A stretch of 64,000 nucleotides of DNA from an uncultured Anaerolineales bacterium (GCA_964526295.1 CAZGKW010000007.1:5136-69135), one strand, 5' to 3'. Positions 27,907-38,115 are shown, counted from the stretch's first letter. A program made the numbers and translations. The notes: generated from the sequence alone by a model not told the origin.

Positions 27907-30303
27907 CTACCTCCCGAACGTCGTCCGCGCGATGATCTCGTCCTGGAGCTCCTCGGCCAGCTCCGTGAAGTAGGCCGTGTAGCCCGCGACGCGGACCGTC
28001 AGGTGGCGGTACGCCTCGGGGTCGGCCTTGGCCCGGAGGAGGTCCTCGCGTCGGACGACGTTGAACTGGGCGTGATGGATGCCGAGCCGGACCAGCCCTT
28101 CCAGCAGGGCCGCGAACTTCTCCCGGTCGGCCTCCCGCCGGAAGAACGCCGGCAGGAACTTCATGTTCAGAAGCGTCCCGTTGCTGCCCCAGATCGAGCC
28201 GACCCGGGCGACGCTCTTCAGGACCGCCGTCGGTCCCCGGACGTCCCGCCCGGACATCGGCGAGAGACCTCCGTCCGCCAGGGGCGCCCCGGCCCGGCGG
28301 CCGTCGGGTGTCGCGCCGACGTTGCGGCCCATCGGCACGTGGGCCGAGACCGTGTAGAAGCCGGCGTGGTACGGCCCGCCGCGGGCGTTCTCGTGCGTGG
28401 CGAGCTTCCGGGCGAACGCCTCCGCCCACTTCGCCGCGAGACGGTCGACCCACTCGACGTCGTTGCCGTACTTCGGCACGTGCGCGAGGAGATGCTGCCT
28501 GAGCGGCTCGTCGCCCTCGAAGTCGCGCCGCAGGGCGTCCAGCAAGCGGCCGGGCTCCACGGATCGCTCCTCGAAGACGCACTGCCGGATGGCCGCCAGG
28601 CTGTCGGCCAGGTTCGCCGGCTGGATGCCCTGGACGCCGGAGAGGTTGTACCGGGCGCCGCCGGCGGTCACGTCGACGCCGCGCGCCAGACAATCGTCGA
28701 CCACGCTCGAGAGGAGCGGCGACGGGACGACCTCGGCGTGGGTCCGGTCCACGGCGTCGCAGGCCCGGACCATGATGGGCAGGAAGTAATCGAGCTGGGC
28801 TTCGAGGGCCCGCTCGACGTCCTCGAACGAGCGGTGGTCGGCCAGCGTGCCCGTCCGCGGCCCCAGAGGCTCGCCCGTCAGCAGACATCGACCGTCGTTG
28901 ATGGCCAGCTCCAGGGCCTTGACGAGGTTGAGCATGGCGGCGTCGCTCCAGCCCAGGAAGTTGCCCTGGGCCGACAGCTCGACGCACCCGACCACGCCGT
29001 AGTCCCGGGCGGCGCGCTCCTCGACGCCGCGGGCCATGAGGGCGGGAACCACGCTCTCGTCGTTGAAGACCTGGGGCATGCCGCTCCCGAGGCCGATCAC
29101 GCGGACGACCTCCAGGAGGAACCGCCGCGGCGAGCCCCGATGGAGACGGGCCGAGAGGTTCGGCTGCGGCAGGCCGAGGTGCTCCTGGGCCTTGAGGCAG
29201 AGGTACGAGAGGGCGTTCGTCGCGTCGGTGCCGTCCGGCGTCCGGCCGCCGATCGCGCCGTTGAAACCGATCGGGAAGCCGGCGAAGTAGCGGGCCCCCT
29301 CGGTGCTTCGCATGTAGACGATCGAATTGAACTTCAGGAAGAGGGCTTCGAGGACCTCCAGGGCGCCGGGCAGGTCGAGCCGGCCGCTCGCCAGGTCGGC
29401 CGACAGGCAGGGCTCGAGTGTCTGGTCGATGCGGCCCGGCGAGAAGCTCGACGCGTTCGATTCCATCTGGAGCAGGACGAACAGGAACCAGAGCGACTGG
29501 ACCGCCTCGCGGAAGGTTGCCGGCGGATGGTCGGCCAGCCGGTCGGCGATGCGACCGATCGCCCCGAGGTCCGACCGCTCGGCCTCCGGCCGGTCGGCGC
29601 GGGCCATTTCGTCGGCGAGGCGGGCGTAGCGCCGCATGAAGTCCCGCGACGCCGACAGGGCCGTCACCACCGCGCGGTAGAAGTCGGCCCGCTCGCCGTC
29701 GGCCCCGGCCAGGCGCTGCTCGGCCTCGGCTTGGAGGCCCGCCGGGCCGAGCCGCAGCCACGTCCGGACGTTCGGGATGATGTGTCCCTGGGCGTGGTCC
29801 TTCTGGTTGATCTTGACGACGCGGTCGGCCCGCCGCACGTCCGCATCCAGCCGCTCGGCGACGCGGTCCTCCAGCGTCCGGCCCCGCCAGTAGGGCAGGA
29901 CCTCGGCGCGGAAGCGGCGGACGTCCTCGGCGGAGACGTCGAAGGTGTCCTGGGGCCGGGTCGGGAGCGACTCGATCTCGCGGTCGATCCACTCGACGGC
30001 CGCCTCGGGAAAGACGACGCCCGCCCGGCTCGTCGGCGTCCGGTTGCCGACGATCAGCTCGTCCGGGTCGATGCGGATGGTGATGTGGCGGAGCGTGTGG
30101 GCGAGGGCCTCGGCCCGCTGGACGATCCGCGGGGCCGACTCGTGGCGGCGATAGCTTTCCGTCACGAGCAGGGCCTGCTCGAGGCTGACGACCCGCCGCT
30201 CGGCCAGGAGCTTCTCCCTCAGGCGGCGGATGCGCGGCGTCGGCTCCAGGCCCGCCAGGGCCGCCGGGTCGGCCGCATCCAGTTGGCTCGGTGCGTCGGG
30301 CAT
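27907..30303 (-). CDS. glycyl radical enzyme (PFL-like fold), GRE-1
   Basis: 798 aa. The Cys loop is ...YGVVGCVELSAQG..., and the C-terminal glycyl radical motif is TVRVAGYTAYFTEL. Confidence 0.9.
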   Translation of the reverse strand: MPDAPSQLDAADPAALAGLEPTPRIRRLREKLLAERRVVSLEQALLVTESYRRHESAPRIVQRAEALAHTLRHITIRIDPDELIVGNRTPTSRAGVVFPEAAVEWIDREIESLPTRPQDTFDVSAEDVRRFRAEVLPYWRGRTLEDRVAERLDADVRRADRVVKINQKDHAQGHIIPNVRTWLRLGPAGLQAEAEQRLAGADGERADFYRAVVTALSASRDFMRRYARLADEMARADRPEAERSDLGAIGRIADRLADHPPATFREAVQSLWFLFVLLQMESNASSFSPGRIDQTLEPCLSADLASGRLDLPGALEVLEALFLKFNSIVYMRSTEGARYFAGFPIGFNGAIGGRTPDGTDATNALSYLCLKAQEHLGLPQPNLSARLHRGSPRRFLLEVVRVIGLGSGMPQVFNDESVVPALMARGVEERAARDYGVVGCVELSAQGNFLGWSDAAMLNLVKALELAINDGRCLLTGEPLGPRTGTLADHRSFEDVERALEAQLDYFLPIMVRACDAVDRTHAEVVPSPLLSSVVDDCLARGVDVTAGGARYNLSGVQGIQPANLADSLAAIRQCVFEERSVEPGRLLDALRRDFEGDEPLRQHLLAHVPKYGNDVEWVDRLAAKWAEAFARKLATHENARGGPYHAGFYTVSAHVPMGRNVGATPDGRRAGAPLADGGLSPMSGRDVRGPTAVLKSVARVGSIWGSNGTLLNMKFLPAFFRREADREKFAALLEGLVRLGIHHAQFNVVRREDLLRAKADPEAYRHLTVRVAGYTAYFTELAEELQDEIIARTTFGR

Positions 30304-30368
30304 CGCTCTATCTTACACGGGCGTCGGCCGGGGGAAAGGCCGCCGGGTCGTCGCGAAGCGTCCGCGCG

Positions 30369-31562
30369 TCAGCGGTAACGGTCGACGAAGCCGATCGTCC
30401 GGCCCCGGTCGAAGAACGGGTCCGGGTGCCGCGGGGCCCCGAGGTAGGACGGCTCCTTCTGGCTGACGTTGTTGGCGCAGGTCGTCCCCTCGCCCTCGGC
30501 CAGGACGTCGCCCTCGGTGAAGAAGTTGACGTTGTTTCCGAGGATGACGTTGTTGCGGCACGAGGCGTGCTCGCGGATGCCGTATTCCATCCAGAGCTGG
30601 CCGCCCCAGTTGAAGACGGAGTTGCCGACGACCTGGACGCCCGCGGTCTCGCCCTCCAGGAGGATCCCGATGAGGCGGGCGTCGCGGCGCCCCGAGCCCG
30701 AGTCGATGACGTTGTTGGCGTTGATCGAGCCCCACTTGACGTCCCGCACGACGATGCCGTGCCCCAGGTGCCAGCAAAATATATTACTTGAGATATTGAT
30801 CTCGTGGGCGGTGTCGACGACGACCGCCGCATCGGAGACCTGGAAGCTCCGGCAGCCCGATACGAGGACGCTGTTGCTCGTCGTGTGGATGTGGTAGGCG
30901 GGCCCGGCGCTCTGGTACACCGCGCAGCCGAGGATGTTCAGGACGATGGCGCGTCGGCACTCGATCCCGGCACCGCCCGCGTAGACGACGCAGCCGGAGA
31001 CCAGGTTCGGCACGTAGTTGCCGATGCGTCCCCCGTCGGCCAGGTGGTCGGCGAAAACGCCCGCCTTGCCGTTCTCGGCCAGGCGGCAGCCCCGGACCTC
31101 GCACAGAAACGAGTTATTGCGCATCCACACGCCGTACCCCGCGAAGCCGACGCAGAAGAGGTCCCGCACCTGGCAGTCGCCGCAGTCGTCGAGGACGACG
31201 CCGGCCTCGGCGTCGGCGTTCTCGCCCGCCTTGAGGGCGAGGTCCGAGACGAGCGCCCCCCCGAGCCCCCGGCACAGGATTCCGACGCCGGTGTCGTGCT
31301 CCCGCGCGAGGACCAGCTCGGTGGCCCGTCCGCTGCCGCGGAGCCACACGTTGTCCGCCAGGTGCAGCTCCTTCCGAAGGACGTACCGCCCCTCGTGGAG
31401 GAGGACGGAGCCGCCGGTCTCGGGCAGGCGGTCGACGGCCGCCTGGATGGCCTCCGAGGCGTCCGCCGTCGCGAGGACCTCCCGGCCGCTCGCCCGGTGA
31501 CGGGCCCGGACGGTCCCGTCGTCGAGGTAGACTTCGCAGCCCTGCGAGCTTCCTCCGGTCAT
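30369..31562 (-). CDS. right-handed parallel beta-helix repeat protein
   Basis: Repetitive ...G..I.....N.V..N.. turns with many Gly/Asn/Cys, which is a pectin-lyase-fold signature. The start is taken as the MTGGSSQGCEVYLDDG ATG at 31562; the track ORF extends to 31790. Confidence 0.6.
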   Translation of the reverse strand: MTGGSSQGCEVYLDDGTVRARHRASGREVLATADASEAIQAAVDRLPETGGSVLLHEGRYVLRKELHLADNVWLRGSGRATELVLAREHDTGVGILCRGLGGALVSDLALKAGENADAEAGVVLDDCGDCQVRDLFCVGFAGYGVWMRNNSFLCEVRGCRLAENGKAGVFADHLADGGRIGNYVPNLVSGCVVYAGGAGIECRRAIVLNILGCAVYQSAGPAYHIHTTSNSVLVSGCRSFQVSDAAVVVDTAHEINISSNIFCWHLGHGIVVRDVKWGSINANNVIDSGSGRRDARLIGILLEGETAGVQVVGNSVFNWGGQLWMEYGIREHASCRNNVILGNNVNFFTEGDVLAEGEGTTCANNVSQKEPSYLGAPRHPDPFFDRGRTIGFVDRYR

Positions 31563-31779
31563 GGTCGGTCTCCGGTCTTGCGTCGCGTCGTCTTGCGCCT
31601 CTTGTACTGAGACAGCGCCGGCGTGCAAGCCGAAACCGTCGCGCCGCACGCCCCGTTCCGGGAAAGCACTACCCATGCGGCCGCGGGTCGTATAGTCTGG
31701 GACAGCGTTGCCAGCCCGGCGCGTGTGTACAGGCACCGGCTCATGGCCACGAAGCGCACCAAGCGAAGGAGGTCCCGGC

Positions 31780-32760
31780 ATGGCCGACAAGGTCCGTTAC
31801 GGCGTCATCAGCACGGCCCGCATCGCCCGGAAGTCGCACATCCCCGCCGCCGCCAAGACGACGAACTGCGAGATCGTCGCCATCGCCAGCCGCGACCAGA
31901 GTCGGGCGGAGCACTGGGCGGGCGAGCTGGACATCCCCCGGGCCTATGGTTCCTACGCCGAGCTGCTCGACGATCCGGACGTCGACGCCGTCATCAACGC
32001 CACGCCGAACAGCCTCCATGCCGAGTGGACCGTCCGGGCGGCCGAGGCCGGCAAGCACATCCTGTGCGAGAAGCCGTTCGCGATGACCGTGGAGGAGGCC
32101 GACGGGATGATCGCCGCCGCCCGCGACGGGGGCGTGCTGCTGATGGAGGCGTTCCGCTACCGGTTCCACCCGCAGGTGCCGTTCGTCCGCGAGACGATCG
32201 ATTCGGGCGAGGTCGGCGAGCTGCGCCTGACGCGCGTCGAGCTTCTCTACACGATCCAGGACTGGGCGGGCGACTCGCGCGTCAAGCCGGGGCTCGGCGG
32301 CGGGTGCCTCATGGACGCCGGCTGCTACACCGTCAACCTGACGCGGTTCCTCATGGGGGCCGAGCCGGTCCGCGTGCAGGCGTTCGAGCGGCGCCGGGCC
32401 GAGCCGGCCGTCGACACGACCTTCGCGGGCCTCATGGAGTTCCCCGGCGACCGGCTCGCGTACGTCGCGACGGGCATGGAGGAGCCGTTCCGGTTTACGT
32501 GCGAGGTGATCGGTTCGGAGGGCACGATCCGCGTGGCACACTGTTTCGCGGGCGGGGCGGTGACCGTGGAGTCCGGCGGCCAGGAGAAGGTCCGCGAGTT
32601 CGACGGCATTGACCAGTTCCAGGCCCAACTCGAACACTTCTCCGACTGCATCCTGAGCGGCACGCCGCCGATGTTGCCGGTGGAAGACGCCCGGGGCAAC
32701 ACGGCGGCGCTGGTGGCCCTCCGCCGCGCCGCCGCGGAAGGACGGGCGATTGACGTGTAG
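31780..32760 (+). CDS. Gfo/Idh/MocA-family NAD(P)-dependent oxidoreductase
   Basis: ATG at 31780 after AAGGAGG gives MADKVRYGVISTARIARKSHIPA.... ...EKPFAMTVEEADGM... is the classic EKP motif. Confidence 0.85.
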   Translation: MADKVRYGVISTARIARKSHIPAAAKTTNCEIVAIASRDQSRAEHWAGELDIPRAYGSYAELLDDPDVDAVINATPNSLHAEWTVRAAEAGKHILCEKPFAMTVEEADGMIAAARDGGVLLMEAFRYRFHPQVPFVRETIDSGEVGELRLTRVELLYTIQDWAGDSRVKPGLGGGCLMDAGCYTVNLTRFLMGAEPVRVQAFERRRAEPAVDTTFAGLMEFPGDRLAYVATGMEEPFRFTCEVIGSEGTIRVAHCFAGGAVTVESGGQEKVREFDGIDQFQAQLEHFSDCILSGTPPMLPVEDARGNTAALVALRRAAAEGRAIDV

Positions 32761-32810
32761 CGACGGCGGGGGCGAGCGGCGTTACGTCGAGGCGTGAGGA
32801 AGGGCAGGGG

Positions 32811-35114
32811 ATGGCTAGGACGGTCGAAGTTGCGGAGTTGGTGGGCCGGCCGGACACGCCGCGCGTCGCCGACCTGAGGCTGCGGGTCTGGGAGGCGATG
32901 GAGCGGCCGCCCGTCGCGTGGGATTGCCCCGAGCGGATCGCCGAGGCGCCCATGGCCGAGCCGCTCGCGGTCCGCAAGGCCCGCGCGATCGCCCTGAAGC
33001 TCGCCCACATGCCCACGGACCTGTGGCGGGGGCAGCTCCTGGCCGGGTCGATGACGCTCGAGGAGCCCCGCGTCCACGCCGAGCGGGGCTTCCCGGATTA
33101 CACGACCGAGGCCGAACGGGCCGCGGCGGCCGAGAAGGGCCTCTCGGTCCACTCCGTCTTCGGCCACATCGTGCCGGACTACCCGCGGTTGCTGGCGAAG
33201 GGGCTTCGGGGCATCCTGGCCGACGTCGACGCCCAGCGCCCCTCAGCCGAGTCTCCCGAGGAGACGGCGTTCCTCGATTCGGTCGCCATCGCGCTGAAGG
33301 CGGTGATGGCGTTCGCTTCGCGCCTGGCCGACCGGTGCGATGCCGAGGCCGAGGCGTGCGCCGACGCATCGCGGGCCGCCGAGCTGTCGCAGATGGCCGC
33401 CGACCTGCGGCAGGTGCCCGCCGGGCCCGCCCGGACCTTCGCCCAGGCCCTCCAGTCGGTCTGGCTGCTGCACATGATCTTCCATTCGACGATGAACGGC
33501 AACGCCCTCGGGCGGCTCGACCAGTACGCCTGGCCCTACCTGGAGGCGGACCTGGCGGCGGGCCGCACGTCGTGGACCGAGGCGGCCGAGCGGGTCGACT
33601 GCTTTTGCCTCAAGTTCAACGAGCGGGCCAAGACCACCGAGGAGCAGCGGCCCGATGGCCGCGAGGACGAGCCGATCGACCTCCGGCAGCGGACGCGGCA
33701 CACGACCTCGTCGCAGCTCGGACGCCGCCGCGACCGGCTCGACGCGACGAACCACTGGCTCCAGAACATCGTCGTCGGCGGTCGGACGCCCGGCGGGGGG
33801 GACGGCACGAACTCGCTCTCGCTGCTCCTCCTGGAGAGCTATCGCCGGAACCGGATGACCAACCCGCTGGTGACGGTGCGGCTCCATCGCGGCTCGCCCG
33901 AGGGGCTCGTGCGGCGGGCCGCCGAGGTGCTCAAAGAAGGCGGCGGGATGCCCGCCCTCTTCAACGACGAGGCGCTCGTCCCGGCCCTGGAGCGGATCGG
34001 CATCCCGACGCCCGACGCCCGCGACTATACGAACGACGGCTGCTGGGAGGTGATCGTCCCCGGGCGGACGGACTTCCGGTTCCAGCGCTTAAGCGCGATG
34101 CTGTGCCTGGAGCGGGCCCTCGGCCGCGGGCAGGCCCGGCTGGACGGCTGGCCGATGGGCCCGGACACGGGCGACCCGCGGGCGTTCGAGGCGTTCGAGG
34201 ACATCTGGCGGGCGTTCGAGGCGCAGCTCGATGCGATGATCGCTCGGACCGTCCGGCGGGTCGTCAAGCGGCTGGACGAGCGGTCGACGATCGCCCCGGT
34301 GCCGCTCCTCTCGGCCCTCGTTGATGGGGCGATCGAGTCGCGGCGCGACATGACGGCCGGCGGGGCCCGGTTCCGCATGTTCGGGATGCTCTGCGAAGGG
34401 GCGGCCCACGCCATCGACTCGCTCGTGGCGATCCGGACGGTGGTCTTCGAGGACGAGGCCGCGACGATGGCCGAGCTTTGCGATGCGCTCGAGGCGGACT
34501 TCGAGGGCCGCGAGCCGCTCCGGCGCCGGCTGCGCGCCGCCCCGAAGTACGGCAACGACGACGACCGGGCGGATGCCCTCGGGCGGCGGATGATCGAGGC
34601 GTTCACCGCGTCGGTGGCGCGGCACGCCGAGGCCCACCGCTGGCGGGTGCGGTTCCCGTGCGGCGTGGGGACGTTCTCGTGGTACGTCGGCATCGGCGAG
34701 GGGCTGGGGGCGTCGGCCGACGGTCGCGGCGCGGGCGAGCCGGTCTCGTCGAACTTCTCGCCCGCCCTGGGGCGCGACGTCGAGGGGATCCCCGGGGCGA
34801 TCCTCTCCTACGCGAAGATGCACCAGGCCCATCTGCCGGCCGGCGGACCGCTCGACGTGCGCCTGGCGCGGCGGCTGGTCGAGGGGGAGGCCGGCACGGA
34901 GCGTCTGGCCGCCCTCCTCCGGGGCTTCGTCGACACCGGCGGGGCCATGCTCACCCTCACCGTCGCCGACACCGAGGAGCTTCGGGCCGCCCAGCGGGAA
35001 CCCGAGCGGCACCGGTCGCTCCGCGTCCGGATGGGCGGCTGGAGCGCCTACTTTACGATGCTGAGCCGCGAGCAGCAGGACCATCACATCCGCCGCCAGG
35101 AAGGGCGGGCATGA
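32811..35114 (+). CDS. glycyl radical enzyme (PFL-like fold), GRE-2, with atypical radical-Gly motif
   Basis: 767 aa. The Cys loop is ...YTNDGCWEVIVPG.... The C-terminal RVRMGGWSAYFTML replaces the canonical RVSGYSAxF. It is immediately followed by, and overlaps with, its activase. Confidence 0.85.
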   Translation: MARTVEVAELVGRPDTPRVADLRLRVWEAMERPPVAWDCPERIAEAPMAEPLAVRKARAIALKLAHMPTDLWRGQLLAGSMTLEEPRVHAERGFPDYTTEAERAAAAEKGLSVHSVFGHIVPDYPRLLAKGLRGILADVDAQRPSAESPEETAFLDSVAIALKAVMAFASRLADRCDAEAEACADASRAAELSQMAADLRQVPAGPARTFAQALQSVWLLHMIFHSTMNGNALGRLDQYAWPYLEADLAAGRTSWTEAAERVDCFCLKFNERAKTTEEQRPDGREDEPIDLRQRTRHTTSSQLGRRRDRLDATNHWLQNIVVGGRTPGGGDGTNSLSLLLLESYRRNRMTNPLVTVRLHRGSPEGLVRRAAEVLKEGGGMPALFNDEALVPALERIGIPTPDARDYTNDGCWEVIVPGRTDFRFQRLSAMLCLERALGRGQARLDGWPMGPDTGDPRAFEAFEDIWRAFEAQLDAMIARTVRRVVKRLDERSTIAPVPLLSALVDGAIESRRDMTAGGARFRMFGMLCEGAAHAIDSLVAIRTVVFEDEAATMAELCDALEADFEGREPLRRRLRAAPKYGNDDDRADALGRRMIEAFTASVARHAEAHRWRVRFPCGVGTFSWYVGIGEGLGASADGRGAGEPVSSNFSPALGRDVEGIPGAILSYAKMHQAHLPAGGPLDVRLARRLVEGEAGTERLAALLRGFVDTGGAMLTLTVADTEELRAAQREPERHRSLRVRMGGWSAYFTMLSREQQDHHIRRQEGRA

Positions 35115-36025
35115 CGGCACCGGCGGACCCGCTCGCGCCCCGTGGCCTGGTGTTCGACGTCGACACGTTCGCCGTCCACGACGGGCCGGGCATCCGCCTG
35201 GCGGTCTACCTGAAGGGCTGCCCGCTGGCGTGCCGGTGGTGTCACAGCCCGGAGTCGATCTCGCCACGTCCCGAGGTGCTGTTCCACCGCGACCGGTGCG
35301 TCCTGTGCGGACGGTGCGCCCGTGTCTGTCCGGCGGGCGTCCACACGGTGAGCGAGGCCGGGCACGCGGTGGACCGCGAACAGTGCGAGGTCTGCGGACG
35401 GTGCGTCGAGGCGTGCCCGGCGGGGGCGCTGCGGATCGCGGGACGCGAGGTGACGGCCCGAGAGATCGTCGAGCGGGCCGGGCGGATGCGGCCGTTCTTC
35501 GACCACTCCGGCGGCGGCGTGACGCTGACCGGCGGCGAGGTGACCGCCCAGCCGGAGTTCGCCGAGGCGGTGCTCGACGGGTGCCGCGGGCTCGGCGTGC
35601 ACACGGCGATCGAGACGTGCGGGGCCGCCTCGTGGCCGACGCTGGAGCGGCTGGCCGACCGGGCCGACCTCGTGCTCTATGACCTGAAGCTGATCGACGA
35701 GGCCGACCACCGGGTCTGGACGGGCGGGAGCAACCGGGCCATCCGGGCGAACGCCCGACGGCTGGCCGGTCGCAGCGTCGAGGTCCGCGTGCCGCTCATC
35801 CCCGGCGTCACGGACACCGAGGCGAACCTGCGGGGCCTGTTTGGCTTCTGCCGCGAGGCGGACCTTGAGCGCGTGACGCTGCTGCCGTTCAATCCGTCGG
35901 CGGGGGCGAAGTACGAGTGGCTCGGCCGGCCGTTCGAGGTCGACGCCGAGCCACAGACGGACGAGCAGCTTGGGGGAATCTGCGAGATGGGACGGGCGGC
36001 CGGGCTGGACGTGTCGGTCGGCTGA
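35111..36025 (+). CDS. glycyl-radical enzyme activating protein (radical SAM)
   Basis: ATG at 35111 overlaps the GRE-2 stop as ATGA. It has CPLACRWC (CX3CX2C) and a ferredoxin-like insert CVLCGRCARVCP...CEVCGRCVEACP. The upstream part of track ORF 34478..36025 is spurious. Confidence 0.9.
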   Translation: MTAPADPLAPRGLVFDVDTFAVHDGPGIRLAVYLKGCPLACRWCHSPESISPRPEVLFHRDRCVLCGRCARVCPAGVHTVSEAGHAVDREQCEVCGRCVEACPAGALRIAGREVTAREIVERAGRMRPFFDHSGGGVTLTGGEVTAQPEFAEAVLDGCRGLGVHTAIETCGAASWPTLERLADRADLVLYDLKLIDEADHRVWTGGSNRAIRANARRLAGRSVEVRVPLIPGVTDTEANLRGLFGFCREADLERVTLLPFNPSAGAKYEWLGRPFEVDAEPQTDEQLGGICEMGRAAGLDVSVG

Positions 36026-36095
36026 GAAGTAGCCATGCTGATGGCAGGGGCCCGGACCCGCCCCGCCAATTGCTCAAGACCGGCCCTGGTAGCGG

Positions 36096-37052
36096 TCACA
36101 TCTCGGCCAGCTCGTTTCGCCAGAGCTCCCTCGCCTGCTCGACCACCTCCACGGGCGGATACTTGCCGTCGGCCGCCTCCAGGAGGCCGTCGGCCTGCTG
36201 CGGCGTGTTGATGCCGACGATGACGCTCGCCACCACCGGGTGGGCCAGGGCGAAGCGGATGGCGAACGAGACGAGCGAGTCGCCGATCTGGTCGCGGAAC
36301 GCCTCGACCACCTTGGCCCGCTTGGAGAACTCGGCCGCATGCCTGGGGTCGCTCAGGCGGTGCCCGTCCGGGGCGTCCTCCGGCGAGACGAACCGGTCGG
36401 TCAGGATGCCCTGGTAGAGTGGCCGAATGCACAGGAACCCCATCCCCCGCCGCTGGAGGTCGTCGAACAGGTCGGCCATCTCCATCTCGCACGGGTTGTA
36501 GTAGGCGATGAGGCCGTCGAAGCGTCCCGTCTCGATGGCCGCCCGGCCGCACGGGACCGTGTAGGGGAAGGTGAAGAGGTGGCCGACCTTCCCCTCGTCG
36601 CGCATCGTCTCGAACGTCTGGACGACCTCGGGCAGGACCTGCGCCAGGAGCGGCAGGCGCCGCTCGTCGGTGTTCGGGTCGGACCGCCACATATACTGAA
36701 GGATGGCGATGCGTTCGGCGTGCAGGTCCCTGAGGGCCTCCTCGACCCGGAGGCGGAACTCCGCCGGGTCGAACCGGTCGCCGTCCTGGAAGTCCGGGAC
36801 GGGCACCTTGATGACGTGGTGCAGCTCGCCCCGGCGGGGATGGTCCTTCAGGACCCGCTCGAGCATCCACCGGGTGCCGTACTCGTAGCTGGAGTGGATG
36901 AAGTTGACGCCGCCGTCGAGGACCCGCCGGAGGGCGGCCTCGCCGAGGCGGGACTTCTCGTCGTCGCCGGGGCTCCGAGCGGCGGCCCGCATGGGGCCGA
37001 GACAGATGACGCTCGCTACGATGTCCGTGCCGCCGATCGTGCGGTATTTCAT
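36096..37052 (-). CDS. aldo/keto reductase
   Basis: MKYRTIGGTDIVASVICLGPM... with an AKR-like (alpha/beta)8 pattern. The track ORF adds 6 upstream codons, to 37070. Confidence 0.8.
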   Translation of the reverse strand: MKYRTIGGTDIVASVICLGPMRAAARSPGDDEKSRLGEAALRRVLDGGVNFIHSSYEYGTRWMLERVLKDHPRRGELHHVIKVPVPDFQDGDRFDPAEFRLRVEEALRDLHAERIAILQYMWRSDPNTDERRLPLLAQVLPEVVQTFETMRDEGKVGHLFTFPYTVPCGRAAIETGRFDGLIAYYNPCEMEMADLFDDLQRRGMGFLCIRPLYQGILTDRFVSPEDAPDGHRLSDPRHAAEFSKRAKVVEAFRDQIGDSLVSFAIRFALAHPVVASVIVGINTPQQADGLLEAADGKYPPVEVVEQARELWRNELAEM

Positions 37053-37155
37053 GGGCAGTCCTTTCGTCAACGGTGAGCGGAGCCGGGGCCCCGGCCTGGC
37101 CCTACGGCGTGCTCTTGCACGCCGCGCGAAACTGACACCTTCCGAGCCTGTACCC

Positions 37156-38115
37156 TCAGGCGGTCGCTTCGTCGAGGCGCTGCATCTGGTCGGCCGTCAG
37201 ATCCAGGTCCGCCGCCCCGAGGTCCTCCTCGATCTGGTCCACGCTGCTGCACGAAAAGAGCGGCACGACGGCCGGGTCGCTCTGCATCATCCACGCCAGG
37301 ACGACCTGGTTGGGCGTGGCGCCGGTTTCCTCGGCGACGGCCCGGAGGGCCTCGAGGCGGGCCTCGTTCTCGGCCGTCCGGTAGGGCTCGCCGATCTCCT
37401 TGTCGTCACGGGTGTAGGCCCCCTTCATGAGCGGCGAGTAGGCGACGATTCGGACGTCGCGGCTGCGGCAGGCGTCCATCAGGTCGTCGTTCGCGGGCGG
37501 CCACAGCCTGTAGTCCACGCCCCGCTCGGGCCGCAGGTAGGTGTGCTTCTGCTGGACGGCGACGAAGGCGGCCGAGCCGTTCGCTTCGCTCACTTTGAGG
37601 GCCTCGGCCAGCCGCCACGCCTTGTGGTTGCTGGCGGCGACGAAGCGGACCTTGCCCGCCTTGACGAGCCGGTCGAACGCCTCCAGGGACTCCTCCAGGG
37701 GCGTGGAGCGGTCGTCGTTGTGGGTGTAGTAGAGGTCGATCGTGTCGATGTCGAGCCGCTTCAGGCTTTTCTCGCACTCGGCCTGGATGATGGCGGCCTT
37801 GAGGCCCCGCTCCGGGCCGGGCTCGTCGCCGGTCCCGGTGTAGTCGAAGCCGACCTTCGTGGCGAGGAACAACTGGTCGCGGTTGCCTCGGTCGGCCATC
37901 CATCGGCCGAGAAGCGACTCGCTTTCGCCGCCCACCCCGCCGGGCATCCAGTGGGCGTAGGCGTTGGCCGTATCGAGGAACGTCCCGCCGGCCTCGACGT
38001 AGCGGTCGAGCAGGCGGCGGGAGGTCTCCTCGTCGGTTCGCGTGCCGAACATCATCGTGCCCAGGCAAAGGGCGCTCACGTCGGCTCCCGAACGTCCAAG
38101 CGACAGCGTCTTCAT
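37156..38115 (-). CDS. aldo/keto reductase
   Basis: MKTLSLGRSGADVSALCLGTMMFG...FLDTANAY...LATKVG...IDLYYTHN. Confidence 0.85.
   Translation of the reverse strand: MKTLSLGRSGADVSALCLGTMMFGTRTDEETSRRLLDRYVEAGGTFLDTANAYAHWMPGGVGGESESLLGRWMADRGNRDQLFLATKVGFDYTGTGDEPGPERGLKAAIIQAECEKSLKRLDIDTIDLYYTHNDDRSTPLEESLEAFDRLVKAGKVRFVAASNHKAWRLAEALKVSEANGSAAFVAVQQKHTYLRPERGVDYRLWPPANDDLMDACRSRDVRIVAYSPLMKGAYTRDDKEIGEPYRTAENEARLEALRAVAEETGATPNQVVLAWMMQSDPAVVPLFSCSSVDQIEEDLGAADLDLTADQMQRLDEATA

Noticed and set aside
26650-30378. 1242-aa plus-strand ORF and 1003-aa minus-strand ORF (26981..29992)
   Set aside because: They are antisense or off-frame to the ROK kinase, the GRE activase and GRE-1, which have unambiguous radical-SAM and glycyl-radical motifs.
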